64,000 bases of DNA from a virus: positions 1 through 64,000 of the IMG/VR virus record IMGVR_UViG_3300010401_000002, one strand, 5' to 3'. Under the pieces are notes generated by a model. It worked only from the letters and a program-made list of their open reading frames with translations. It was not told where the DNA came from and did no database searches. The number at the start of each line of letters is the position of its first letter. Position 1 is the stretch's first letter. Positions 47,691-57,757 of the stretch are shown piece by piece. The position numbers and the translations under genes were made by a program.

Positions 47691-47851
47691 TTCCAAACCT
47701 CCTCTTCATCCTTTACATCGAAACCCGCGAACGCTTCCTGTCTGCGCTTCATTGGGCTAAACATAATTATTACGAAATAATCGTGATGGTGGGGCTGATT
47801 GCTATAGGAATAGTGTTTGTGTGGATAGGGATAAAGTTTGGAGGGAGGTAA
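47687..47851 (+). CDS. 54-aa membrane peptide
   Basis: MIPNLLFILYIETRERFLSALHWAKHNYYEIIVMVGLIAIGIVFVWIGIKFGGR; ATGA-coupled. Confidence 0.55.
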   Translation: MIPNLLFILYIETRERFLSALHWAKHNYYEIIVMVGLIAIGIVFVWIGIKFGGR

Positions 47852-47852
47852 G

Positions 47853-48197
47853 ATGAAACAGAACGAAATAATAGAGGGCAACAAAGTTATCGCTGATTTT
47901 GCTGCATTAAAAAGCGAATCTGGTTATTGGCTATTGATTGTCAAATCGGATAGCGGGTGGTTCAATTTCCTCGAATTGAAATATAATGAATCATGGGACT
48001 GGCTAATGCCCGTTGTCGAAAAGATTGAATCATTAGGCTATTACTTTATGATTAACAAATGGACGAGTGCATATACAAACGGAGCTGATGGAGATAGAAT
48101 ATCTATAACAACGGTAGAGGGCAAAACAAAGATTCTTAACACATGGAAAGCCGTAGTTGAGTTCATAAAATGGCACAATCAAAACAATTCAAAATGA
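47853..48197 (+). CDS. Bacteroidota-phage hypothetical protein
   Basis: LKYNESWDWLMPVVEKIE motif. Confidence 0.7.
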   Translation: MKQNEIIEGNKVIADFAALKSESGYWLLIVKSDSGWFNFLELKYNESWDWLMPVVEKIESLGYYFMINKWTSAYTNGADGDRISITTVEGKTKILNTWKAVVEFIKWHNQNNSK

Positions 48198-48307
48198 TAC
48201 CCCGCATCCTCGCCTTCATCGAAACATCTCGTTGGACACCGCGAATACTTATTATCGTTGTGTTGGGGCTGATTTGGTTGATGGCGAGGGTGGAGAATAT
48301 AATATGA
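48194..48307 (+). CDS. 37-aa membrane peptide
   Basis: MIPRILAFIETSRWTPRILIIVVLGLIWLMARVENII; ATGA overlaps at both ends. Confidence 0.55.
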   Translation: MIPRILAFIETSRWTPRILIIVVLGLIWLMARVENII

Positions 48308-48660
48308 TGGAAAGAAAAATAAACGAAAACGATTTGGTTGATTCTGAAATGCTAAAAACATACGGAGAAATTGATGGACTGAAAGTCATTGAGGAATTAT
48401 TGTTGTTCAAAGGCGTACAGGTTGCGGGGGCAACAAAGATTGTTCACAAAAAACACTTAGACGATATTGCATTGGTGGTTTATGGACTAAAGGCAAACGC
48501 AACCAATAGACTATACGTAGGGATGCAATTGGATAAGTTTTATAACCGTGCAGGGCTGGTGTGCGATAGTGGGAGAGTAAAAGTTCCTGTTAGTATTTAT
48601 AACAGAGTTAAAGAATTAAACGATAGTTACAAAACTAAAGATAATCAAACATATGAATAA
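48304..48660 (+). CDS. hypothetical protein
   Basis: ATG start within track ORF 48232..48660. Confidence 0.55.
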   Translation: MMERKINENDLVDSEMLKTYGEIDGLKVIEELLLFKGVQVAGATKIVHKKHLDDIALVVYGLKANATNRLYVGMQLDKFYNRAGLVCDSGRVKVPVSIYNRVKELNDSYKTKDNQTYE

Positions 48661-49759
48661 ACACCTACTCTTATTTTTATTGTTGTGCAGCGTTTCGGCA
48701 GGGGCGCAAATGAAACAACCTCCACCTTGCAAAGTCCTGTACCCGCCACCAACAGCAAGATTCGCGCTAATGAACCTCCCGTTCGTTGCAGGTCAAATGT
48801 CAGCGCACGTTTCAATAGACTTTGATTGTGACAGCATCCTTACCCATGACAAAGGTGCAAACTTAGAAAAGTATGTGCGCGATACTTTATTTAAGCAGGT
48901 AAAGAAATGGTTTGGTATAGACAGCATAAACGTAGATTATCATTCAACACATGGTTGGCTAACTACCGACCCTGAAACAGCAGCAGGAATAACTTCATCT
49001 GCTATGTGGCTATCATCGTTCAGAGATAGAATGATTGTAAGCCACCCTGCAAGTGATTATCATGTATATCTATCAGGTAGCGGGGTGAACATGGGTGGGT
49101 CGGCATATCTCGGAACATTAGGAACTAATTATAATGTAGCGTTCTGCAACCTGCATACTTATGACCATGACGAATTAGATTCGGTATATGATTGGAACGT
49201 TGAGTGTGTGGCGCACGAAATAGCACATGGGTTTTTTGCCTCGCACACACATGGATGCTGCTGGAACGGCAATAATACCGCGATAGATTCATTGCCTGGA
49301 TATACGGAAGGTGGCTGTATAGTTGGTGGCGGCAACATCGCAATACCTACTATTGGCGGTACAATCGAAAGCTATGGACACATAACTCAATACGGTATTA
49401 AGTTTTACTTGGGTTGGGGAGAGCAGCCACGCGATACTATGAGGGGCTTTATTCAGACTGCTAATATAGCGGGCAAACTACTCTACCCCAACGGCTACAA
49501 TCCCTGCTCCCCACCATCAGTAACATCAATCTCTCCCGATACGTTATCGTGCTATGTAAGTTGGACGGCAAATTCATTTAAGTATCGTTACAGATACCGT
49601 AAGATTGGGCAGATATGGAACGCTGCTATACCGAGAACTACGAACAGCGCAACCATAACAGGATTGAGCAGCAAGACTTCGTATAGCGTACAAGTGCGAG
49701 CGTATTGTAATGGAGCGTTTGGTAATTGGGGTGTATTGAAAACTTTTAAGACGAAATAG
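48653..49759 (+). CDS. secreted reprolysin-like (M12) metallopeptidase with a C-terminal FN3 domain
   Basis: Signal peptide; GGSAYLG; HEIAHGFFASH; FN3 YVSW...YRYR...TITGL...YSVQVRAYC. Confidence 0.8.
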   Translation: MNKHLLLFLLLCSVSAGAQMKQPPPCKVLYPPPTARFALMNLPFVAGQMSAHVSIDFDCDSILTHDKGANLEKYVRDTLFKQVKKWFGIDSINVDYHSTHGWLTTDPETAAGITSSAMWLSSFRDRMIVSHPASDYHVYLSGSGVNMGGSAYLGTLGTNYNVAFCNLHTYDHDELDSVYDWNVECVAHEIAHGFFASHTHGCCWNGNNTAIDSLPGYTEGGCIVGGGNIAIPTIGGTIESYGHITQYGIKFYLGWGEQPRDTMRGFIQTANIAGKLLYPNGYNPCSPPSVTSISPDTLSCYVSWTANSFKYRYRYRKIGQIWNAAIPRTTNSATITGLSSKTSYSVQVRAYCNGAFGNWGVLKTFKTK

Positions 49760-49761
49760 AT

Positions 49762-50187
49762 ATGGTAGCATCAGAATTAAGAATAGGTAATTTGGTAAAC
49801 AGGAAGTATTTAAACCCCAACCCGCGTAATACAGGATATGAATATGAACCTGCTGAAATTACACTGATAAGAGAAAACTCCTGTAATATAAAGTTAAAGG
49901 ATGGAAATAAGTTAGACATTGCATTTAAGCATGGTTCTATAAGCCCTATTGCGATTACAGAAAGATGGTTGTTAGATTTTGATTTTGAGAAGGAGTTTAA
50001 TAATACAAATTCGAGGTGGGAATATTTTATATCGCGTCATGGCAGCAATGTAATTATTGAGCCGTTTAACAGTCAATGGATATTTATTTGGGAATTAAAT
50101 TTTGTTGGCAGACCAATTGATTCTGTTCACCAACTCCAAAACTTATATTTCGCGCTCACAGGTCAGGAATTAACAATAAAAGATTAA
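49762..50187 (+). CDS. Bacteroidota-phage hypothetical protein
   Basis: ELRIGNLV...VHQLQNLYFALTGQEL motif. Confidence 0.7.
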   Translation: MVASELRIGNLVNRKYLNPNPRNTGYEYEPAEITLIRENSCNIKLKDGNKLDIAFKHGSISPIAITERWLLDFDFEKEFNNTNSRWEYFISRHGSNVIIEPFNSQWIFIWELNFVGRPIDSVHQLQNLYFALTGQELTIKD

Positions 50188-50192
50188 GGACA

Positions 50193-50411
50193 ATGATAGC
50201 CGCAAAAGAATTAGCCCAATACGGCAAAGTTGAACAATGTGAAGATTCTGGAGAAATGTTCCATGTAAAAATCACAAAAGGTTTTAGCATGAATATGCGA
50301 AACACATTTGAGTTATTGGATAAAATAAGAAAATCAGTTAGTGGCAAGTACAATACAATTCACGAACTTAAAACAGATAAAGATATATTTCACTTAATTT
50401 TAAAACGATAA
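50193..50411 (+). CDS. hypothetical protein
   Basis: 72-aa ORF. Confidence 0.55.
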   Translation: MIAAKELAQYGKVEQCEDSGEMFHVKITKGFSMNMRNTFELLDKIRKSVSGKYNTIHELKTDKDIFHLILKR

Positions 50412-50415
50412 CATC

Positions 50416-50859
50416 ATGACAAAATTTGACGAATACTCCGAAATCCAAAAACATAAAGTCCAGTTAATGTCACTTTGGTTTAATCAGGGAGAGCGCCACA
50501 ACGCGCCCTGTACCTTCATTAACGGGGTAACAAATACAGAAGGAACTAAAACATCTACGGAACTGCGGATGCTTTTATTCAACGGCTTAGATTATCCTGT
50601 TAAGTTCTTCTTAGAAGATGTGTACACCGAAAAGATGGCACTATACTTTTATAACACCTTTGAGCGATTGGATGGCGCACCTGTACCGCGACCGGAACCA
50701 ATTGAGGCAACTAATGGCCAGCGTGAATCAGAACTACTTCGCGTAAACACCCGCTTCAATCATGGGGATATGGTGGAGGCTGCTTACGTGAGGTTGGAGT
50801 TTATGTTTGGGGTGGATTTGGAGAGTTGGGGTGCGTCTTACTATAATGGAGGGGTGTGA
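50416..50859 (+). CDS. hypothetical protein
   Basis: 147-aa ORF. Confidence 0.6.
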   Translation: MTKFDEYSEIQKHKVQLMSLWFNQGERHNAPCTFINGVTNTEGTKTSTELRMLLFNGLDYPVKFFLEDVYTEKMALYFYNTFERLDGAPVPRPEPIEATNGQRESELLRVNTRFNHGDMVEAAYVRLEFMFGVDLESWGASYYNGGV

Positions 50860-50889
50860 GATGGATGACAAACAAATTATAATATCGGG

Positions 50890-51120
50890 ATGCTGCTTTA
50901 TAATAGGGTATTTAATGGGAAGGTTAAAACAATGGCTAAAAAAGAATTAGAAAAAGTAAGGTGTAGTGTATGCGGTAGAATATATACTGCAAGAATACCT
51001 AAAGGCGGGGATGGTACATTTTTATATCCACGAAGGCATCAGAGTTTAATAGGCAATCCATGCAAAGGTAATCTTCAAGAGGCGGAATATCTTAACCCCT
51101 ACCCCACGCGGGAACAATAA
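50890..51120 (+). CDS. small Zn-finger-like protein
   Basis: CSVCG...H...C; start uncertain. Confidence 0.5.
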   Translation: MLLYNRVFNGKVKTMAKKELEKVRCSVCGRIYTARIPKGGDGTFLYPRRHQSLIGNPCKGNLQEAEYLNPYPTREQ

Positions 51121-51147
51121 TATTAAGAAAAATAAAAACAATAAATT

Positions 51148-51363
51148 ATGGAAAACGAACAAACAAAAAATGGAGTTAAATCAGACTGCGGAATGTATTC
51201 TGATAAGCAGGGTTTTCAAATAGGTAAGTTTGAAATTTCAATTATGGATGAAGGCGAAAGGCAAACCGTGTGGATAACTGACACTTCAATTGGCGATGGT
51301 GGTGAATTTCCGCTAAAGGATATTGAGGGGATTATCGAAGAATATTATAATAAAAACGTTTAA
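51148..51363 (+). CDS. hypothetical protein
   Basis: 71-aa ORF with A-rich leader. Confidence 0.55.
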   Translation: MENEQTKNGVKSDCGMYSDKQGFQIGKFEISIMDEGERQTVWITDTSIGDGGEFPLKDIEGIIEEYYNKNV

Positions 51364-51408
51364 CCCCAACGCGGCACTAACAAGAAAAATAAAAGGAGGA
51401 AATAAAAG

Positions 51409-51903
51409 ATGGAAAATTATGAACAAGAGGGTTCAACAATATGGTGGCGAAGTATTTCGTGGGATGAGCAAAATAGGCTATCAAAGAAATACCCTGATTT
51501 TAACGGAGTATATGCTATACATAACATTTGGGTTTACGAAAAAAAACCAAGTCCAATTAATCTTAACCCCATGCACACAAAAAACGATAACAAAGAGCCG
51601 CATGAGTTCTGGAATGAATTGCAGCAACTTCTTAATAAGCACTCAAAAGAAAACGGCAGCAATACGCCTGACTTTATTTTGGCTGATTATTTAAAAGAGT
51701 CGCTGCATCTGTTTAATCAGAGTGTTAATCGCAGGGAGGAGTGGCATGGGAAGAATAAGGTGATACAGAATGATGCTATTGAATTTGCAGAATGGTTAGA
51801 CTTATACGGATGGAAAAGAGTCCCTGTAACTAACAGGCAATGGAAAGACGGACCGCATACAAAGACTATTGATGAACTTTATAAATCATTTAAATCAAAA
51901 TAA
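51409..51903 (+). CDS. mosaic hypothetical protein
   Basis: ENGSNTPDFILADYL and AIEFAEW segments. Confidence 0.6.
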   Translation: MENYEQEGSTIWWRSISWDEQNRLSKKYPDFNGVYAIHNIWVYEKKPSPINLNPMHTKNDNKEPHEFWNELQQLLNKHSKENGSNTPDFILADYLKESLHLFNQSVNRREEWHGKNKVIQNDAIEFAEWLDLYGWKRVPVTNRQWKDGPHTKTIDELYKSFKSK

Positions 51904-51952
51904 TTTGAACCTGTTCGAGCATCCTGATTTGATAAAATAATATTAAAGAAAA

Positions 51953-53945
51953 ATGAAACTCACAAAGAAAGCACTCAACGAATTTATTGGATGGACAACA
52001 AGCCGTTACAATAATTATTTGGGATATGGCACTAAAAAAGAAGCGGTTGATTTAGCATTTAATTCTATAAAGAACGGTTACTATACTTTGATTTGGCTTA
52101 AAAGAGATAAGACACAGGTTGTTAAAGAAGATAAAGAAAAAACAGTTTTTGAAATTCGCTGTGCAAGCTCTGTTGGAGAATCGGGAACAGGCAAATATTG
52201 GAAAGTAAAACAGTCGGGCGATGATTATATTGTTGACTGCATTAATAAAACTATCACAGCAATACGTTCAAATCGGTTAATTAGATTTGATTGATTACCT
52301 TGCACATTCACTTTAATACTTGTACTATGAATAACTACACTATAGGCGCTGACGGACTACACGATAGTAAGCCAATTGTATTTAAAGATAACGCGGTTGT
52401 CAGCCCTGTCCGCAACGAAGAAGATTTTATGGAACAGGTTTTGAAAATTAAATCTTACTATGATAATCCACGTCCAAAACTTCGCTATAAATCTGACCTA
52501 TATTGCTCTTTTATGATGATTCTTAATTCACTTTAATACCTCTAATATGGACAATAAGCAAAAACTCGAACAATCATTAATCGCACTGCTAACAGAAGTT
52601 GATGTTTCAATAGTAGCCGACATAAGAAATAAAGTTGCAGCAGCAATACACGAAAGCATTGTTGATGTGTGCCACAGAATGCTTAAACTTTCAGAACAAT
52701 GCGAAGAGTTTGGAGAAGAAAAAGTAAAGGCTATACGGAAAATATTGTTGGATAATTTAATTGAGGAATTAAAACCGGAGTAATGAGAAAATATTGCTAC
52801 TACATATTTTTTGAACTTGCACATAAGGACGGAAAGACCTATGTAAATTCAAGGACGTGGGTTTGGTTAATTTTTTTTCCTTTGCTTCTGTGTGGTGTTT
52901 TTCTTGTAAAAATAGTAAGTGGGGTTATAACAGGTTTAATAGAGTTTATTTTTGAGGCGTTTAATATGGGTGAGCCAACCAAGTATAGAAAAGAGGATAT
53001 TGATTCATATAAATCACGGTCTTTAAAAAGCAAATTAAACATGATAAAAAATCTAATAGAATTATAAATAAATAAAAACATGGAAAGTTTAATAGGCAAA
53101 AAAATAAAAGTAAAGTACGATTTTCCTCTCGATAATGAGGTGTTTGAAATTATAGGAGAGCGCAAAAATCAGATAGAAATTCAGGGCGATTTTTCGGCAG
53201 GAACTCACAATGTTCTTCAATCGTCATGGATTGATAAGAATAGTATTAAGGAAATTTTACAAACAAATTAAATAACAACATGGAATTAGCATTAGTAAAA
53301 TCCACATTAAAAGGAATGAAGCCCAACACACCGTTAAAAATTAACGGATGGGACTTTCAGTTTTTAAAACTTTCCCCTAACGGAAAATATGTAATGAGTG
53401 TTGACGGCAAATCGCTGTATTACTCAAAAATACATGCAATAGAAATTTTACAAACAAATTAAACAACATGAAAATAAAAACATTCAAAAACGGCTATAAA
53501 CACGGATGGGAAATTAATTTCATCATCAGCGTTTTCAATTTAAGAATTGCAAGGTATCAATTGGCTTTGTGGTGTAATTATAATGCTATATTTAACTTTG
53601 CACTATGATTAAAGCGGTTTTAATATACCTTGCACTATTACCAATAGACTACCTGATAAGTATATTTACAAATAAGACTTTTAATGATGCTCATAAGGAA
53701 ACAATGAACGCTATAAAAAACTCTTTGAAATGAAAGAATTGAAAGACGGCACAAAAGTGTCATCGCGAAGCTATTACTTTCTATTAGACTGGAATGAGCA
53801 AGATGAACACAAAACTATTTATAATTCATGCGGCAAAATGAGCTTGTCGGAATTAAACGCTTTGGAATATTCGTTGTTGTTTCAATATGCAACAGCGAAG
53901 GAGATTGAATCGTTGAGGGTTAAAACAAACGAAATGGCTAATTAA
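51953..53945 (+). other. run of ~9 small hypothetical genes
   Basis: Tightly packed ORFs 51953, ~52291, 52547, 52783, 53080, 53280, 53468, 53605, 53730. Confidence 0.6.
53251..53463 (+). repeat. 22-bp direct repeat bracketing one small gene
   Basis: GAAATTTTACAAACAAATTAAA at 53251-72 and 53442-63. Confidence 0.85.
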
Positions 53946-53969
53946 TATTTTAATAATAATCTCTAACAA

Positions 53970-56075
53970 ATGAAACTAACAAACTTATCCCCAATTCAAA
54001 CTTGGGTAATCGGGCTAATCATCGCATCAATAATGCGGCTTTGCGCTATCGGGGTGGCTGGGGCGCAGACGTTTACCCTAACGAACGCATCAAAGCCTGT
54101 AATATGGAACACTGTATCAACCTCAAAGGAATACACGTTCTCATTCTATTTTAAATCAGATACAGGAACCCATGAATTAAGAAGTGTGCCGCTATGGAGT
54201 TGTGCTAATCAGGGTGGCAGCTTATCATGGCAGTATCTTAACTACAATTCGTTTGAGATTCAGCTAAATCAAAAGATAGGCTACCAAACTATTTGTGATG
54301 GCAACTTCCATAAATTAACTTTCAGGATAGGCAAAGGAGTACAGGAGGTTCTTATAGATTCAATTCTGTTAGCAAGTCAGCCGTATGGTGAAGTTTCGTT
54401 TAGCGGACAGGCTATGTTTAGCAGTACAAGCGATTATGATAGGGTGAGCGGTACAATAAAAGACCCGATGTTTGTTGACAGGTATGTATCTTCAAGCAAT
54501 GAACGACCGATGCCAAAGGGCACGTTATTTAAACGGAATCTACCAGTTGGCTTAGTGTGGAACGATGAAATAGGGCAATGGGATTGGAGTAATGTAAAGC
54601 CTCTTTATATTCAACTTTCAGAATGTCAGCGATTAGCATTCCCTACAGGCGCCCCCAAGATTCACCTATACTTCGATTTCTTTCAATTGGGCGGTCAGTT
54701 AGATTCTACGGTATCAAAAGATTCAGCGATAAAAGCGGGTGTGATGATTGCTAAGTACATGGCTGATTATAATAATTGTGATGTTCGGGCTATTTCTAAT
54801 TCACAAAACTATTGGGACTATAAAGACCAAGCAACTTCTGAATATGGAAAGTTTAATGCGGCAATGCTTACGCTTGCAAACAGTAATGCAGCATATCAGG
54901 TAAGGGTTGATTGTTCCTTGTCGCAACTAGATGATTTGCCGCCATTCAAAACAATTACTACAGAACAGTTCGCGGCCATGTATCCAAATGAACCATTATC
55001 AACCTTTGATGGTATGGCTGGAATACTTGAAACACAGTACAGGGATATACAGGGAAAATTAAATAAACCTATTTTATTTGTAGTTGCCGACAATGAATAT
55101 GCAAACAAATGGCTTGACACCGCTAAGTATGAATTGAATCCCGCTTGTAAGGCCGATAAAGAAGCATCACATTTAAGTTGGTGGGGTTACTGTTCACAGC
55201 AATACACTAATGCAATGAACAGGATTTATGCAGGTATTAAACGTGCTTGTCCTTCTGCTGAAATCGTTGAATATGATGTAAACTGTCTTAATGAGTGTAA
55301 CTATTACTACGACCCTAAGTTTCAATATAGGATTGCATTAAACACAAACAGACAGGGCACAGACCAATTATATCCACGCAACATTAATGCAATGCTAATG
55401 GGGTACGGGGACTATAGAGGATTGTTGAATTACGAGCAGGTGTCTAAACGCGGTCAAACTAAATCGGGCTACAACTTAAATACTCCGTTCGTTGGTGTCG
55501 GTTATTTAGGCGACCCTAATTTTGATATTGATGCAACACATATAATCGGATTGGAAACATTTTTAGTTGCAACAGGGTCAGCATCTTTATATCCTGCATT
55601 ATTCATTCAGGGTGGAAACAATCCTAATCCTAAATCATTGGCGACACAGTTAATGGCGGCATCAATAGCACAGGCGGCTTGCAAAAATATATGGGACGTT
55701 GTTTTAGCAGGAAGCACATTACCCGGTGATAGGAGCAACGCATGGAGTTGTTACAACGGGACTAATTATACATTTTGGTTTGGCGACTTTGAGTGCATTG
55801 CAGGTGTTAGGCAAATACCGAATACAACAAAATATGCTATATCAACCTTTCATGGTGCTGCTACACTGCTTAAAACCGATTATCCTTATAAAAAAGCAGG
55901 TGGTATCTGGTTGAACGGGAAATACATTCCATTAGAAGCAGGGGCGCAAACTTTTGTATATACCTATGATAGTTCAAAGCCTTATGAGAAAGGTAAAAAT
56001 CCGAAAAGGGTTAATAGTTGGGTGAAGTTAGGAAGTATGGATAATTGGCCTAAAGCGGTTGCGACGGAAGAATAA
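53970..56075 (+). CDS. secreted enzyme-like protein (LamG-like N-terminus plus possible TIM barrel); paralogue of 8750..12139
   Basis: Signal peptide ending AGA-Q; DGNFHKLTF; VVADNEY; colinear motifs shared with the tail protein. Confidence 0.7.
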   Translation: MKLTNLSPIQTWVIGLIIASIMRLCAIGVAGAQTFTLTNASKPVIWNTVSTSKEYTFSFYFKSDTGTHELRSVPLWSCANQGGSLSWQYLNYNSFEIQLNQKIGYQTICDGNFHKLTFRIGKGVQEVLIDSILLASQPYGEVSFSGQAMFSSTSDYDRVSGTIKDPMFVDRYVSSSNERPMPKGTLFKRNLPVGLVWNDEIGQWDWSNVKPLYIQLSECQRLAFPTGAPKIHLYFDFFQLGGQLDSTVSKDSAIKAGVMIAKYMADYNNCDVRAISNSQNYWDYKDQATSEYGKFNAAMLTLANSNAAYQVRVDCSLSQLDDLPPFKTITTEQFAAMYPNEPLSTFDGMAGILETQYRDIQGKLNKPILFVVADNEYANKWLDTAKYELNPACKADKEASHLSWWGYCSQQYTNAMNRIYAGIKRACPSAEIVEYDVNCLNECNYYYDPKFQYRIALNTNRQGTDQLYPRNINAMLMGYGDYRGLLNYEQVSKRGQTKSGYNLNTPFVGVGYLGDPNFDIDATHIIGLETFLVATGSASLYPALFIQGGNNPNPKSLATQLMAASIAQAACKNIWDVVLAGSTLPGDRSNAWSCYNGTNYTFWFGDFECIAGVRQIPNTTKYAISTFHGAATLLKTDYPYKKAGGIWLNGKYIPLEAGAQTFVYTYDSSKPYEKGKNPKRVNSWVKLGSMDNWPKAVATEE

Positions 56076-56076
56076 C

Positions 56077-57056
56077 ATGGGAGTACACTTAATAATATAT
56101 AAAATAAAAGGCAAGTCTATGGAAGAAACATGGGGCGGTAAAACTGTTCCATATTATGAAGCAGAAAATGTAGATTGGTGGGACACATTGCGACATAGCG
56201 GTGATAGAGATTTTATTTTGAGCACAGAATTTAACTGTGTTGATAATGATAACGAAGTTGAGGAACAAGAATATTTCAGACCAAAGGATTTTGCAAAAAC
56301 AAGGCAGTGGGTAAGGGATAATGTTGTTGGAATGAATCAGCCGCGTTTATTGGAGGCTTTAGTTAAAATGGAATTAGATGAATCGTTGGCCTTTCATTGG
56401 TCGTGGTAAGAGCATGAAAATACTTATAGCAGAAGAAGACAATGTTATACGCGAAGTGATAGAAAATAAATCACATTCGCCCCATCTGATTATAACTCCA
56501 TCGGGGCAAGATGGTATTGATGTTTTTAACGGAACATTTTCTGATATAGTTTTTGTTCCGGGCTATATACCCGCCAAACCCAAACCACGCGGCACTAATA
56601 TGATTCCAAAAAAGAAGAAAAGAAAATGACAACACAAGACGAACACGAATTAGCTTATTTCAAAATGCAGATGCTACAAGCTGAAATAGAAATGAACGCA
56701 ATGATAGCGGAAAATAAAAACTGTGAATTAAAGGGGCAGCCTATGAAATTTGCCGAAAACCATTTTATGAATTTGATTGATAGACACAGGATTCATCATA
56801 ATGCGTTTCCGTCTTATACAGGCAGATAAAACAATAACAGGCTTGGTCGCCTTCATAAAAACCGTATAGAAAAATGGAAGATAAAATTAACTACGGGACA
56901 TTGGTTGACCCCGAAAAAGAATATCCTGTAACATACACAATTGCACAGGATGGAACAAAAACAATTCAGAACACCTTTTTAAAAGGAAAAGATTTAACCG
57001 AAAATCAGATTAAGGAGCTGGTTGAATCGAGGGGTGTTGTTATGCAGGTGGTATAA
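56077..57056 (+). other. four small hypothetical genes ending the + strand operon
   Basis: ORFs near 56077, 56413, 56626, 56874. Confidence 0.6.
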
Positions 57057-57084
57057 GTTTTTAAGTTTTTTCATAATGGTTGTT

Positions 57085-57124
57085 CAATCCGTGTAGCGTG
57101 GTAACTATGCGGATTGCTTTTTTT
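57085..57124 (+). terminator. terminator at the convergence point
   Basis: CAATCCGTGTAG / CTATGCGGATTG followed by CTTTTTTT. Confidence 0.8.
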
Positions 57125-57234
57125 AATTAAGCCCCAACCAACACACCCGCCCCCAACCAACAACATAAATCTTATTGCAGTGAAAGTTGCCGCATTGCTG
57201 GGGTGTGAGGGAGAGTTTATAGTGCAAAGTATAT

Positions 57235-57741
57235 TTAATGTGGGTTCGTTGCATGGGAAAGGGTGTTAATGTCAATAGCAAGACCTTGTTCGATAAGATT
57301 GAATACATCAAAATGCCATTCATAAAGTTTTTGAAACAATTCAAGTTGATTATCAACGTGGCGGTCGTCCTTAGTTGCATAATCATGCGCAAGTCCGCTG
57401 TCATAAAATGTGGTTTTGAACGACTTGTTTTCATCATCATATTCAAAACACCTTGACTCCCATTTACTCAAATCTCTGTTTGCTCCACCCTGCAATCCGC
57501 TTATTTCTGATAACACATCAATCGGTACAAGTTGTTCGCCATTAATCTCAATCGTTTTTGTTAAATCCGATAATGGCCGTAGAATTGGCTTAAAATAGCC
57601 TTTGTGAGTTAGCCAATTATAATCAGAAGGCGTTAATATCGTTTCTTTTTTAATATTCCCCGGCCTTTCAGCCCAACGCACTTTCAACCCATACGGCAAG
57701 TAAGCCGATAAATGTTTTAGTTCTAATTTTTTCTTTTCCAT
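57235..57741 (-). CDS. Bacteroidota-phage hypothetical protein
   Basis: LELKHLSAYLPYGLK...KPILRPLSDLTK...WHFDVFNLIEQGLAIDIN. Confidence 0.7.
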   Translation of the reverse strand: MEKKKLELKHLSAYLPYGLKVRWAERPGNIKKETILTPSDYNWLTHKGYFKPILRPLSDLTKTIEINGEQLVPIDVLSEISGLQGGANRDLSKWESRCFEYDDENKSFKTTFYDSGLAHDYATKDDRHVDNQLELFQKLYEWHFDVFNLIEQGLAIDINTLSHATNPH

Positions 57742-57757
57742 TTTATTTATTTTATCC

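Noticed and set aside
51369-56598. ACGCGGCACTAA occurring twice
   Set aside because: A single distant 12-mer pair, one copy coding; within chance.
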